Below, piece by piece: positions 35,229-48,333 of a stretch of 64,000 nt of DNA (position 1 is its first letter; each line of letters starts with the position of its first letter). Made by a program: the position numbers and the translations under genes. The notes below the pieces were generated by a model, which saw only the letters and a program-made list of their open reading frames with translations, searched no databases and had not been told where the DNA came from. Source of the stretch: Piromyces finnis finn (Eukaryota; Fungi; Neocallimastigomycota); assembly GCA_002104945.1 (NCBI GenBank), contig MCFH01000087.1, positions 65,308-129,307 on the forward strand, given 5' to 3'.

Positions 35229-38200
35229 TTATTTTATGTTTGAATCCCTTTTTATCCATTTTGTGAATTTTTCATTCATCATCATTAATTTATTTGATGT
35301 TGGGCTAGAGGTACTTGAACTAAAACCTGATTTTTTATTTCCAAATAATTTATTTGATGTAGTACTTATACTACTAATAGTACTATTTCTACGATATTGT
35401 TTTAAATCATCTTCATTATTTATTTGTATTACTATATTTAAATTACTATTTAACTTATCACTTGATGTTGAAGATTTTGTAGTTGTATATGGAGCTGGGG
35501 AAGAAAAAGAAGTTGTACGATGTTTTGAAATTACTGGTGACGTATGATATGAAAAATTAACATTATCCTTAATCATATAACTATTACCACTACTCCTACG
35601 AATACTTCCAATTGTTGGATTAGTATACGTTGTATTAAGAGTATTTGCGGACATGGGTCCATTTTCTGATAAAGATTTGTCTGTATCTGACTTATTAATT
35701 AAAAGATGTTTTGGTATAAATGTATTAGCAAAAGTATATGATGCTGAAGACAAAGAATTAGAAAATTGATTTGGTGTCTGACCCACAATATTTGATATAA
35801 TATTTATAGCACTCGTTTTTGTCGATGAATTAAAGTTAGAATTTGTCTTAAGAAAAAATTGTGTATCATCATTATTATCTTTATTTTTAGCACTCTTAAG
35901 TATGCAACTTTTTTCAAATTTATCAAGTATAGGCTGTTGTTCTGAACGCTTTAATCCTTTTAATTCTAAAATTTTTTGTAAATTATTATAATTGCTATTT
36001 TCAGCATATAATAATTCATAATTTGATAATAATACATCAAGAGTATCAATAGGAATCATAATAACCTTTAAAAGTGATTCGATTTTATTTACGCCATTAT
36101 TTAAAATTTTCATGAATCTTTAAATAATATACAATTATAATTATATGATTATTAGTAATATTATTTTTATATATATTAATACTTGATATATAAGAATTTA
36201 AATATAATACTTACGAAGTTGAGAAGGTTTGTTTAAAATCTTTTTCTTTATTTAAATTTGGTATTTTTTGAATAATACTCTTCAATGCTAATATATCTAA
36301 TAACAACTATTTATAATACAAGAATTACTACAAATTATATTTATTTTTGAATAATAATAAATAAATAAATAAAAACTATTTTTAATTTATTTGTTTTAAT
36401 AATTTTAATACCTGCTCTGCTCCAATTGTAGAAATTGGTTTACATTTATATATATTATTTAAATATTCAATTAAAAAGGATCTATAAAATATTTTATAAA
36501 AGATATTATAATACAATTAGTTTCCATTAATAATTATAATAATAATTCTTATAAATATTTACTCTGTAAATTTATCTATAAAAACTTTAAAGTAACTATT
36601 ATTATTAATATTTTTTTGAATAGTTTGAATATACTTAAATATATTATTTCCTATATCTGTTACATAAATAGATTGATCACCAACTGATTCAATGGATGAC
36701 CAATTAATCTTTGTCATAGCTACCATACATGATTCAATTAACAGATCTAAACTTCTTACTAAAGATTTTATTGATGAAGTTATTGTACTATTGTGTTTGT
36801 ATAAAAATAAAAAATAAAAAATTAAAAATAAATAAAAAAAAAAAAAAAAGAAAAAGAAAAAAGAAAATTAATAATAAATATATAAAACCTTTATATGTAT
36901 ATATATAATAGAATGCAATAAAATACAATAAAATATAATATTTTTAAATATAATATAAAAAATAAACATTAAATACTTCATAAAAGAGTCTTCTTGATTT
37001 GAAAAATCGATTCTATCCTTATATTTAATATCTATTAGCTCAGTGATTTTTAATTGAAGCTTTGAATAATATTAGTTAATTTTTTTTTAAAAAAAAAAAA
37101 AGATTTTTTTATTTATTGTTTTTTTAAATATTTATAATCAAACTTTTATATTTATATATATATATTACCTGAGACGTTGTAGAATAACAATAATCAGATG
37201 TATTTAATATTAATGTACATATTCTAAGTTCACTTTCTACTGCTACTTTTCTGTCATCTCTTATATTTTTAATCAAATGTTAATATTTTTAATTGCTAAA
37301 CAATTATTTAATATAACTCATAAAAATTACATAAAATACTTACTTTGGTAGTTTACTTGCCATAAAATTTGAATAACTCAATAAATACTTTCCAAAAATT
37401 TTATACAAATCAAATAATGGTTTTGAATTACTCATTTTTGATAACTGATTTAATGCTTCGCGATAATATATATACAGTTCTGTTCCAGAAGATAATAGTA
37501 ATACCGACTGATCATCTTCAAGAATTGGCTTTAATCGATATGTATTTATCATTAATTCTATTGACCTTTATATTTATAGATTTTTAAAATAGGTATTAAA
37601 TTAATATATTATTAATACTATTTCAACTTTTAATTGCTAAATTTCTATTTACGTACTTTTCTTGATCATTAGTATATATATGTAAAAAATCCTCAAAACA
37701 TGATGATATTGATCCCTTAAATGAATAATTAATTTGAGTTGCACTATTTATTTTATTCTTAATAAATTAAAATAAAATCGAATGATCAATTATAAATTAA
37801 ATTAAATAATAGATCTAAACATATTAAATATCAAATATTTTATAAATTAATTTACTTTATCATTAAAACGTTTTTCTAACTTCATCTCAAAATTATTAGT
37901 ATATTGAATAATTTGTAATAATATTTGGGAGCTTAATTCATTTGATTTTTTTAATGATTTTATTAATCCTTCCCTATTATTTAATAATAAAAAATGATGA
38001 AAGTATATAAGAATGTTAATTCTATAAATTAAATATATATATTGAAAAAAAAATAATTCCTAATTTATATTACTTTGTAATATCACAAAACTTTATGCAT
38101 AAATATTTTCCAACTTCCCATTCTTTTGGGAAAATTTTTGAACGTTCTTCATCAAAACGTTTTAAATTTTGTTTTAACCAAGAATATCTTTGGGTAATGT

Positions 38201-39762
38201 TTTCTACTGATGTAATCTTCAATTTATTTTATTTATTCAAGATTTTATCAATAAATAAGAATTTAATAATAATAATATTTATAAATTAATCTACCTCATC
38301 ATTTGCTCTAAATATACTTTCATATTCTTGTAATTGTTGTTTGCAGTACCACTCTATTAGTTCGGTTCTAAAATATATTATATTAATAAAATAATAGCTT
38401 ACTATTCTATTTCTCCTTTAAATTATATTTTTAAAAAATAAAAAGTACTTTTCATTATTATTCATTTTTTCAATAACTAGACAAGCATCGCTTAAATGAA
38501 TTATATCGACATTTACTATATCTTCCTGAGTAAAACTAATAGCAACAAAAAAATAATAGTAAATAAATAAAATATTTAATAGTACAATAATTTATTATAG
38601 TTATTAATATTTATTATTTATGCATTTACTTATACTAACCATGCTTCAAACTCATTGAAAATTTGTCGTTTAAGAGTTGTTTGTATTGAATTAATATCAA
38701 CATACAATGCATCAATTTGTAAAATACTTCTATATGTTGAAAAATGAATTAATAATTCATATATAACCTTGTTTATAAAATAATAAAACAAAAACAATTT
38801 TATAATAAAATCAGCATTTCTATATATTATTATATTACATTATTTTTTTATTATTGTTTTCTACATACTTCTAATAATTGTGCTGTTTCTTTATATTGTT
38901 TTGTTGGTATCATGTTTTTTAATTGTGTAATTGCTAATCCTATTAAAAAATATTAATTTTAATAACGATAATAGCAATAATAAAATAGCATAATAAAATA
39001 AAATAAAAAATCATTAAATTTTATTTTTATGTATTTAATAATATATATAAATATAAAGCAATATATTAAGTTACCAAACATTTGTAATCTCTTAATAACC
39101 GTTATTGAAGAAGTCAAATGGGTTTTAGCATAATCTAATGATTTTATATCCTTTGTAATATCTTGCACTAATCTCTCTGAATTGCTTGCTTTTAACTTTA
39201 TACTCTGTAATCTCTTATATAATTGCTATTTATAATTAATATAATATTTTAATCATTTTTTAATTTATTTATTAAACTTTCAATGGTAATCTTTTTAAAA
39301 TAAACTATAATAATTTTACAGTAATTGTTTTTTTCGTTTCTTCTAATTTTTGAAAAGCTTGCTGTCCTGCATCAGTTTGTGTTCTTAACAATTCTCGAAT
39401 ATTCTTATCTAATTGATTTATTTTATTCTTTAAATCTGCTAATACAATATCAATTGTGGCCAATGATTGTTCTTTTATGTTTTTTATAATTACATTTGAT
39501 ATTTATAAATTATAAGTAGTAATTAAGATTTAACAATTTATTTTTATTATGTTTTTTAAAAATAAAGAATAAGTTTTAAAACTTTACTACTTTATTATAA
39601 AACATATATTTCAATTATTTATAACATTTAAATTTAAAATTTACCATGAGGAAAAATTTTATTTATATATGAAATAACATCAAAATCTTGTTCACTTAAA
39701 AGATCATTTTCTTTTATCTCATTAGAAAATAATTTATTATCCTTACTATCATTGTTCATCAT
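35229..39762 (-). CDS. VPS53: GARP complex subunit Vps53, multi-exon
   Basis: Exon 1 (39762-39645) MMNN…DFDVISYINKIFPH splices GT-AG to exon 2 (39471-39320) EQSLATID…QTDAG. Later exons give ITKDIKSLDYAKTHLTSSITVIKRLQM, LSSGTELYIYYREAL…FGKYL and LLKVIMIP…LQKILELKGLKRSEQ, all recognisable Vps53 blocks. Internal exon bounds were not all mapped. Confidence 0.9.
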
Positions 39763-40319
39763 TTCAGAACTATTTATTTTTTATTTATTTACTTATTTAT
39801 TTACTTTACTTTAAAATTCTATATTAACATAACTTCTAGTTTGGTTTTGTTCTTTTTTTTTAAAAAAAAATAATTGTTATTTTAAGTTGGTTTTATTAAT
39901 AAAGTCTATTTATAATAAATATAAAATAGGTAATTACGATAAATTAATTACAATTTACAAAATTTATATACTATAATAAGTGGCTGATAATATTAATAAA
40001 ATTTTTATACATGAATATTATTAGAACATGTGTTTCTGATATATATTTCTTTTATGTAGTAATTTAATATTAGTTTATTTATAATTTATTATATTAGGTG
40101 AGAAATATTTTATTATTATAATTAATTCTTCTTTCTAATTATTAGAAAAAGACTATATTATAAACTTTATTAATAAGTAAAATGTAGTTAACATAATGTA
40201 ATGTATTGATAATGTATGTACTTTAGCATAAGCCATAAATTTAGTATAAATATAAAAACATAGTTGTTAATTAAATCTTTGTAATGAAGTATTAATAAAT
40301 CATAATAAAGTAAATATCA

Positions 40320-40490
40320 ACATCAATCTCAAGAGACTTTTGGTGGCCAAGATTTCATTCAGATGTTAAATCCTTTATTAAATCTTGCGTGACTTGTTAC
40401 AAATCCAAAGTCCCCAGACATAAGCCTTAAGGATTGCTATCCCCTTTGTACACTCCTAATAGGCCTTGGTCTGATATTTCTATCGACTTT
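40320..40490 (+). pseudogene. Chromovirus integrase zinc-finger fragment
   Basis: Translates as SRDFWWPRFHSDVKSFIKSCVTCYKSKVPRHKP*GLLSPLYTPNRPWSDISIDF. Confidence 0.88.
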
Positions 40491-40656
40491 AAGCATTAAT
40501 TCCATCAAGTAATAATTCTAATAATGCTACAGATAATAATTCTTCTGGTAATACCACTTCAGATAATGATGCTCATGGTTTAAATTTTATTCTTAAATTA
40601 TTCAACCGTATTTGGGATGGTGACTTCCCCAGCTCATGGAATGAATCCAGTATTGT
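40491..40656 (+). pseudogene. Fragment of LINE family 1 RT region, in opposite orientation to the full copies
   Basis: ALIPSSNNSNNATDNNSSGNTTSDNDAHGLNFILKLFNRIWDGDFPSSWNESSIV matches ORF 43099-45561. Confidence 0.92.
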
Positions 40657-42824
40657 AACTGAAATGATGTACTTATATAGAAGAGGTTCAGGAGTAAAGG
40701 AACAAGAGTTATGAACACCAATGTAAAGTCCTCTCATACCTGGAACTTTAGGATTAGCACGTCTATGTACTGGCTTATAGTTTGGTAGGCATGAGGAGGA
40801 AATTGCATTACCACAGAGGAATTGGCTGTTACCTACTTCTTGAAGACAGACACATACAGGTTTGAAAACAGAGATGAAGTATAAAACACCATCCTTTTTC
40901 TCAGGGTTCCAACCATTGATGTTCCAACAAGTACATAAGTTGAAAAAGGAAGCATTAGAGCTTAAATGATTAAAATAGAAATCGTTAGAGTGGACCAGTA
41001 GTGGATTTGATAGATCGTTTGTTTTTGTATGATCTATTGTTTTTGAGCTTATCAATGAATTTCCAAGATATTTTACTAGAGATTGGGAGTTTTTTAGAAA
41101 GTGAGTGTATAAGTAACATGGCTTTAAGCGGACATTTTCCATTGACTTTTAGAATGAAATAGGTACCGAGTGATTGTGAATATTTTTTGGTGAGGGATTG
41201 AAGAATATCATTGAAAGGTTGAATGTCCTTTAAAAGAAATTCCATTAGTCGTTGTTTTGACCATGAACTAAGATCATGGATAAAATTAGGTATGATTTAT
41301 TGGAGTTAGATCCGAGGAAACGAAGACCACGACGTAAGGTAGGTACAGTACAATTGGTATTGTTCATTTTTGAAAGAACTTATTATGACAATAGATATTA
41401 ATAAATTGAAGTATTGATATATCGATATAAATAAGATAATGAAATAAAAAATATTTAGTAAAATAAAAATAATAATAGCAAAGACGGATATATTATATAG
41501 CTAGTGGATTATTTGTCAAACAATATTTTAAATTTTATAACTGGAAAAGTGGCTAAGTTATTGAAAAACTTAGTTCTAGCTCTACTGAAGATTTTGAATG
41601 GGAAAATAAATTTTGAATATCTATCACTTTGAATTTCTGTGTTATAACTGTATTTTGAAAGTTCTTTATATTTATAAGATTTGTATAATTTGTTGGATGA
41701 TTATTGTATTGTGTTGATTCTGATTGTTGAATTTGAACATTCATTTAGGTTATTTATGTTGTAAGGTAGAGAGATAATAAGAGTGAAAAGTTGTTAAATC
41801 AAAATATAATAGAAAAAGATGAAGAATTTTGGGTAAACATAATAAATATTTTTAAAAAAAATAAAATAGAAACAAAAGTAATATTTATAATATAAAAAAT
41901 AGAATACTCGATTTTCCAGGATTGAAGCTTTGATAACAAAAAATGTTAAAAAAAAAAAAGGGAGTTAACACTTACCATAAGAGTCCATAATAAACTTAAT
42001 AAAATTATACAAATATATAAATATACATATAATATAAAGTATAAAAAACATACATATATATAGAAAAGAGATAGAGAAAGTATATAAAAGAATGTTAGTA
42101 GAAAAGAGATTCTTTGGAAAATCTAGAGTTACAAAAAATAAGAAATAAAAAAGATATTATTAGAATCATATAAAATCATAAAAGAAAAATAAAAAAGCCG
42201 CGCCCCTCGAAAAAATTAAAAATAGAAATAGAAAAATAAAAAGATTAAATAAAGATGATTATAGTAATGAAAGCCGCACCCCACAACGAAACCTCAAGAA
42301 TAAATGAAAGGAATAACAAACTAACTGAGAAAACAAAACTATCTGACTAATCAACATATAGAGAATAAAAAGGAATAAAAGAACAAAGAGAATAAGTAGT
42401 AAACTGGGATAACAAATTATCAATGAAAGCTAAAAATAAAATCAAAAAATATTCAAAATCAGTATTAAATACTACCGAATCAAACAATTTTAAGTTTAAA
42501 ATAATATGTTATTAAGGTTATAAAAAACAACTACTTTAATATAAGTTGAAGGTGTAAGAGAAATATGAAATAACAACTAACACTCAGATTATCAACTCTA
42601 CTCGTTCAGTACCATGAGCTTAGTCCTAATAATATTTCCAAATAAAGACTAACCAAGCATCCATTGCGCAATACTTGGATTTAATTCATTCTACTCTCAG
42701 TACCATGAGCATGAGTAGAGCCCCTTGAGAAACTTCATTTATTAAATAAATGGAGGAAAGTATATATATAAAACTATAATTTTCATATTACCAAATCAAA
42801 TCAAAGCTTTATGCCTTTTTCATA

Positions 42825-42828
<4 letters not shown>
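40651..42828 (-). mobile_element. 5' portion of LINE family 2 with upstream region and repeat X (inverted counterpart of ~59449-61640)
   Basis: Minus-strand ORF pieces 40985-41245 and 40573-41142 match 60921-61937 (WNINGWNPEKKDG APE start, one frameshift). The non-coding upstream DNA also aligns. Confidence 0.9.
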
Positions 42829-42862
<34 letters not shown>

Positions 42863-43098
42863 GGCATCAAATATTTTAAACTTTATTATTAATTTAATTA
42901 AAATTATAATACATGTAATAAAAAATTAAAAATAAAAATAAAAATAAAAAGAATATGTTTAAATAAACACAAATGAATAAAAATTGGGTATAATGTATTC
43001 TAGTAATTTTAATTAAAGTAAAAAAGCCACTATCATACTAAAGTATAATAATTGTATTTGACCTCCAATGGGACACCGAGCCAAAGATCAAAATTTTG

Positions 43099-45561
43099 TC
43101 ATGGAACAAAATTATGATCACCATTGGTTGCGCTGGCCCTCCTGGCCTGTCTTACTGTTTCTTCAGCATTGACGCTCTTGGATGTTGCTTCAAACCTTTT
43201 GAACATTGACCATTGCTGGCCAATAGCAAAAGGCATGATTTTGGTTAGAAGTTCCGCGGTTACCGTCAAGAATGGTGTTCCTTCGTTAGTACCAGATTGA
43301 ATCTGACGCTTACAAAGTTCTTTCCATTCCCTTGAATTGTAATTGATATTGTTAAAACTTCTTCCCCCAAGAAGGAATTTAAATATTTTACTGCACACAC
43401 TAGAATAATCATACACATTAATATTCACCGGATTATTAGAACTATTACTATCATTAACTAAATTACTATCTAAATTAGAATTATTATCTTCACTATTGCT
43501 ATCATTACTAATATTATTATTTCTATTACTACTATTGTTATTATTACTATTGTTATTACTACTATTATTACTATTACTATTAATGTTATTGCTGTCTCTA
43601 CTGATATTAACGTTTTCATTATTATTGATAGGACTATTGGAATTACGTTGACTGAAAAAATTTAGTAGCTGGACTATGGAATCATAATGTTTAATACGGA
43701 TATCTCTAAATGTTGGACAATCTAATAACCAATGTTTAATACTTTGAACACCACACTTGCAACATGGACAGTAGTTAGGACAAACTGGATCAACAAATTT
43801 AGCAGCTTTGGCAACTCTAGCATCCAACTTGTATCCGCTTCTTGCTTTCAATAGCCAGTAGAAGCCATAGGCAAACTCTGGGTATTCATAACATAATTTG
43901 ATAAAATCTTTAGTTTCAATAAATTTATTATCATCATAATATTGCGCTTTGATTGAATTCCCTTTGAGATCTTTCCAATAAAAGTTTTTAACTGCTTTAA
44001 CATCTCCATGTTTCTTTAGTTTTTTATCAAGTGTCCTACTTGATTTGCACCACGTGTATTTTCTAAATTTAGGAATGTAATTGACAAGGTGTGAGATAAT
44101 ACAATTTGAGTTTTTCCATTTGTTAAAACATCTAACCTGAGCTAACGCACATTTGGCTGACAATGGAGGAATATTCAAATCTTTTGAGATAGAGTATAAA
44201 GATATAAACGATACAGCTTTATGAACTCCGGCAACCCATCGTATTCCTTTGTTAACATGCTTCTGAGCAATCCTAGACCTAGCTTTGTTGGATCCAAGTA
44301 ATGGTGCAAAGTATGAAACTCTGCTAATCACTTGAGAGTTAAGTACTAGTTTTTTGAAAGGAATAGGAATATTAGGATTTCTTAAGAATTTACTGACTGA
44401 GAAAAGTCCTTTCAAAACCTTGTTATTAAGAGTTTTAATAACTGGTTTAAGGGATAAATTCTTATCAAATGGAACACCAAGATAAGTATAACAATCAGTA
44501 GTTGGAATGGGTTGTCCTGCTAAGTAAAATGTTGGATCTCTCTTGTTCTGATTTTCTATTGATTCAGGACGAATCACCATCGTTGAACATTTCTGGATAC
44601 CAAATTCCATTTCATTATACAAGGCCCATTCATTAACTCTTCTAAGCATCTTTTTTAAGCATCCTCTTGTTGGAGCACAAATAACTATATCATCTGCAAA
44701 AAGTCCACCACAGCATCGAGTGTCACCTAAACTGACTCCTAGATCTTCGCACTCTCTAAATATATCATTAATAAAGAGATTAAAGAGAATAGGAGAAAGA
44801 GGGCAACCTTGACGGACTCCTTTCTTCACATCAAAAGATTTCGAGAATTGTCCATCTAATTTGACATTAGCCTTAGATGTTAAATATAAATTTTTGATAA
44901 ATTGTAAACTCTTACCTCGGATTCCTAAACAATCTAATTTATGGAGAATATTACCGATTGGGACTGAATCGTATGCTTTCCTGAGATCTAAAAAGGCCAA
45001 ATATGTCTCTTTATTATCTAATTGACGTCTACGGCATATTTCTTGGATTGAAATGAAAAGACTGATACTTTCTTCCTTTTTTCGAAAACTAAATTGTTCA
45101 GGTCTAATGAAATTATTCTTTAAACCATATTCTGAGATTCTAGTGGTGACAATTTTGGAAATCAACTTAATACCATTATTGATAAGTGATATACCTCGAT
45201 AGTTATCACAATCTGTCAAATCTCCCTTCTTAGGAATAGAAACAATACTGGATTCATTCCATGAGTTGGGGAAGTCTCCATCCCAAATACGGTTAAATAA
45301 TTTAAGAATAAAATTTAAACCATGAGCATCATTATCTGAAGTGATATTACCAGAAGAATTATTATCTGTAGCATTATTAGAATCATTACTTGATGGAATT
45401 AATGCTTTGTAAAATTCAATTGGAATACCATCCGGACCCTGATGCTTTATAATTTGGAGTAGAGAGGATAGCTGACTTGACCTCATCAATACTAATATCT
45501 TGGTTGATATCCCACTCATCAAGCATAGGAAGTGAAAAACGTTTATTCGTTGGTTCTTCAT
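43099..45561 (-). CDS. RT and zinc-knuckle part of the LINE1a polyprotein
   Basis: GPDGIP, NYRGISL, FLDLRKAYDSV, GVRQGCPLSPILFN, FADD, CPCC…HWLLDCP. Confidence 0.93.
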   Translation of the reverse strand: MKNQRINVFHFLCLMSGISTKILVLMRSSQLSSLLQIIKHQGPDGIPIEFYKALIPSSNDSNNATDNNSSGNITSDNDAHGLNFILKLFNRIWDGDFPNSWNESSIVSIPKKGDLTDCDNYRGISLINNGIKLISKIVTTRISEYGLKNNFIRPEQFSFRKKEESISLFISIQEICRRRQLDNKETYLAFLDLRKAYDSVPIGNILHKLDCLGIRGKSLQFIKNLYLTSKANVKLDGQFSKSFDVKKGVRQGCPLSPILFNLFINDIFRECEDLGVSLGDTRCCGGLFADDIVICAPTRGCLKKMLRRVNEWALYNEMEFGIQKCSTMVIRPESIENQNKRDPTFYLAGQPIPTTDCYTYLGVPFDKNLSLKPVIKTLNNKVLKGLFSVSKFLRNPNIPIPFKKLVLNSQVISRVSYFAPLLGSNKARSRIAQKHVNKGIRWVAGVHKAVSFISLYSISKDLNIPPLSAKCALAQVRCFNKWKNSNCIISHLVNYIPKFRKYTWCKSSRTLDKKLKKHGDVKAVKNFYWKDLKGNSIKAQYYDDNKFIETKDFIKLCYEYPEFAYGFYWLLKARSGYKLDARVAKAAKFVDPVCPNYCPCCKCGVQSIKHWLLDCPTFRDIRIKHYDSIVQLLNFFSQRNSNSPINNNENVNISRDSNNINSNSNNSSNNNSNNNNSSNRNNNISNDSNSEDNNSNLDSNLVNDSNSSNNPVNINVYDYSSVCSKIFKFLLGGRSFNNINYNSREWKELCKRQIQSGTNEGTPFLTVTAELLTKIMPFAIGQQWSMFKRFEATSKSVNAEETVRQARRASATNGDHNFVP

Positions 45562-47599
45562 ACCAATGCTCTAAATCAAGACTTACACCACTTGGATCTG
45601 ATGCAAGATTTTCGAAATGATCATGCCACACATCTAGTTGTTCTTCCGTAGCAACAACTAATTCTCCGTTTTTGTTTTTAATTGGTTGAGCAATAAAGAA
45701 AGAATCTTTTCCAATTTTTGCAGTTTTCTTGATCCATTTCCAGGCCTTCTTAGGATTATGACTCTTCATATACTCACATCCTGTTTTAATCCAATGAAGA
45801 TATTCTTGCTTCCTAAATTCATTACATCTTTTGTGGATGTAATCAATGAGCTTACGGTAGATTTTAATTCTTTTAATAAATTCATCTATATCATAAATTC
45901 TTTCTTTTTTAAATCTCTTATACAACTTCATTTTGATTTTTTGGAGATTAAAAATTTGTTGTGAAATATGAAATGAAGACTTTATAACATTATTTGCTGA
46001 GGTAATACTGAGCTCGTCTGCAATTGAAAAAGCAGTTGAAGTAAACTCTTTGGAAAGTTCATCTGTAGAAACATTAAGATCGTTGAATTTTGCTGAAAGA
46101 ATTTGGAATTTATTATGACTGAGAATAGATTCCTTTTCCTCAATACATTTTAATCTATTCCATTTCAGAATTTTCTTAGGAACATTAAAGTCATTAGAAA
46201 AATCTTCCATAGGAATAACTTTACCATTAATAAGAAGTGGCTTATGGTCTGATACAGGATAAAAATTATTTATAAATGATCCTGAGTGAATAAGATCTTT
46301 CATCTTCGAATTGATAAGAGCATGGTCAATGTCGGAAGATTGATCACCTCGAGTCCAAGAGATAGTCGACCCTCTAAGCAGAAGAATTTCCCAATCTCCT
46401 AATCCATTAGTTGATAACCAGTTGGATAATTTTACTTTAGACATATTAAAATCACCAACAAGAATCGATGGATGGGATGAATGAGTTTGTAACCACAAGC
46501 GAACTTCTAACTTTGCATGATCAACATAGATGTTGTGATGACTATGAGGCATATAAACATTTCCAATCGAGCATTTGAATCTATTCCAGAGACTAAAAGT
46601 ATAAATAGAAATAATATACTTTCCAGAGAAGTTTTCAAGTGAGGCTTGACACGAATTGTGAAAACCTAAATATAAACCTCTCATTCCCGGAACTGATTCG
46701 TCAGCTTTCTTGAAAAAGTGTCTATAGTTTCGCAAAGTAACACGACAAGGATAATCTGTATTCGAACCAGAACCATTACCAGTTTCTTGGAAACATAAAA
46801 ATAATGGTTTGAAAATAGCTGTGAAATAGCTAATACTATCTCTCTTTTCGTGATTCCACCCATTGGTGTTCCAACTAAGACAAAAAGAAAAGTTATCAGG
46901 CTTGTTGGATGAGGAAGAATCGTTGCTATTATTATTATTATTAAAGTCATCATTATTAATGGATGATGCATCAGAGGAATAAGTAGAACTATTACTAGAT
47001 GGCTGTGAAACTGAAGAACTATCAACTATTGAACTGTTATCAGAGTTGATAGAACTATTAGAATTAATTGTTGAATGTTGAGATTGAAATTGTGTTTGCT
47101 GTAGATCTGGAATATTTTCATGATGGAAAACTTGTTGAAGATCCTGTTGAAGATCTTGTTGAAGATCGGATTGTTGATGAGATTGTTGAACTGATTGTTG
47201 AAATGATTGTTGAATAGAATGTTGATGTTTATTAGAAACTAAAATTTTACGTTTGAGAGTGGAAAAAGTATATTTGTGATTCCTTCTACTACGAGCTGAA
47301 AAGGAAATTGAGGTAACTGAAAGTTTCTTCTTTAATATGTGTAAGATTTTAATACAATCTTTCGATGAACCATGAACCTTGACTAAGAAAAAGTGATCAT
47401 TGAAAGTTTGAAAATATTTAACACTAATAACTGAATTAAATTTATCTTCTAGAATAACCTCGAGTTTTTCCCATAGCATATTTACTGACCATGATCGAAT
47501 ACCACGGATAAAGAAGGAGCGAATATCATCTAAGGGGATACCATAAGACCGGGTACCACGTCTGATATAATTCTTATCTTTAATATAAAGGACTGACAT
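45416..47599 (-). CDS. N-terminal and APE endonuclease part of the LINE1a polyprotein
   Basis: SWNTNG, FQET, VGDFN, IDHAL, SDHKP APE motifs. The frame breaks by 1 nt at KASG|PDG. Confidence 0.92.
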   Translation of the reverse strand: MSVLYIKDKNYIRRGTRSYGIPLDDIRSFFIRGIRSWSVNMLWEKLEVILEDKFNSVISVKYFQTFNDHFFLVKVHGSSKDCIKILHILKKKLSVTSISFSARSRRNHKYTFSTLKRKILVSNKHQHSIQQSFQQSVQQSHQQSDLQQDLQQDLQQVFHHENIPDLQQTQFQSQHSTINSNSSINSDNSSIVDSSSVSQPSSNSSTYSSDASSINNDDFNNNNNSNDSSSSNKPDNFSFCLSWNTNGWNHEKRDSISYFTAIFKPLFLCFQETGNGSGSNTDYPCRVTLRNYRHFFKKADESVPGMRGLYLGFHNSCQASLENFSGKYIISIYTFSLWNRFKCSIGNVYMPHSHHNIYVDHAKLEVRLWLQTHSSHPSILVGDFNMSKVKLSNWLSTNGLGDWEILLLRGSTISWTRGDQSSDIDHALINSKMKDLIHSGSFINNFYPVSDHKPLLINGKVIPMEDFSNDFNVPKKILKWNRLKCIEEKESILSHNKFQILSAKFNDLNVSTDELSKEFTSTAFSIADELSITSANNVIKSSFHISQQIFNLQKIKMKLYKRFKKERIYDIDEFIKRIKIYRKLIDYIHKRCNEFRKQEYLHWIKTGCEYMKSHNPKKAWKWIKKTAKIGKDSFFIAQPIKNKNGELVVATEEQLDVWHDHFENLASDPSGVSLDLEHWYEEPTNKRFSLPMLDEWDINQDISIDEVKSAILSTPNYKASGSGWYSN

Positions 47600-48041
47600 G
47601 ATAATAAATTCTAATTAAAAAATATTGAATATAAAAGAAATACTAATAGAAATTACAAATATAACGTATATGGAAAAAAATCTGTCTCTCTCTCTCTTCT
47701 TAAGTACTGGATAGTACAAAAATTGTTACGATGCTTTGTTTAAAGTTTCTTTTTTTTGAATTCTAGTTGTAAATTTTCTTTAAAAATTCTAATTTTGGTT
47801 TGTTGTTAGTAAATTCGATTCGCTTTTTGACACTAAAATTGTTTGACTTTACTTTTCATTAAATATTTAAATTGGTAAAAAATTTGAATCAAGAATGTCG
47901 ACACCAGAAAGCTTGTGAATAGTATTTTTACATGATGTAGAGTGAATCAGTCTCTTACAAGAAACAATACAACAATAGCTACATGAATATAAAAATACAA
48001 TGCAAATGCTAAAGTTGACTACATTGGATTCTTACAAGAGA

Positions 48042-48099
<58 letters not shown>

Positions 48100-48333
48100 G
48101 GCATCAAATATTTTAAACTTTATTATTAATTTAATTAAAATTATAATACATGAAATATAAAAATTAAAATAAAATAAAAATAAAAAAATATGTTTAAATA
48201 AACACAAATGAATAAAAATTGGGTATAATGTATTCTAGTAATTTTAATTAAAGTAAGAAAGCCACTATCATACTAAAGTATAATAATTGTATTTGACTTC
48301 CAATGGGACACCGAGCCAAAGATCAAAATTTTA

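Larger units (their letters stand above)
42828..48045 (-). mobile_element. LINE family 1, copy a (APE-RT-CCHC, poly(A) tail)
   Basis: Poly(T) 42828-42859 on the plus strand, 3' UTR, RT and endonuclease ORFs, ~450-bp 5' region. Confidence 0.95.
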
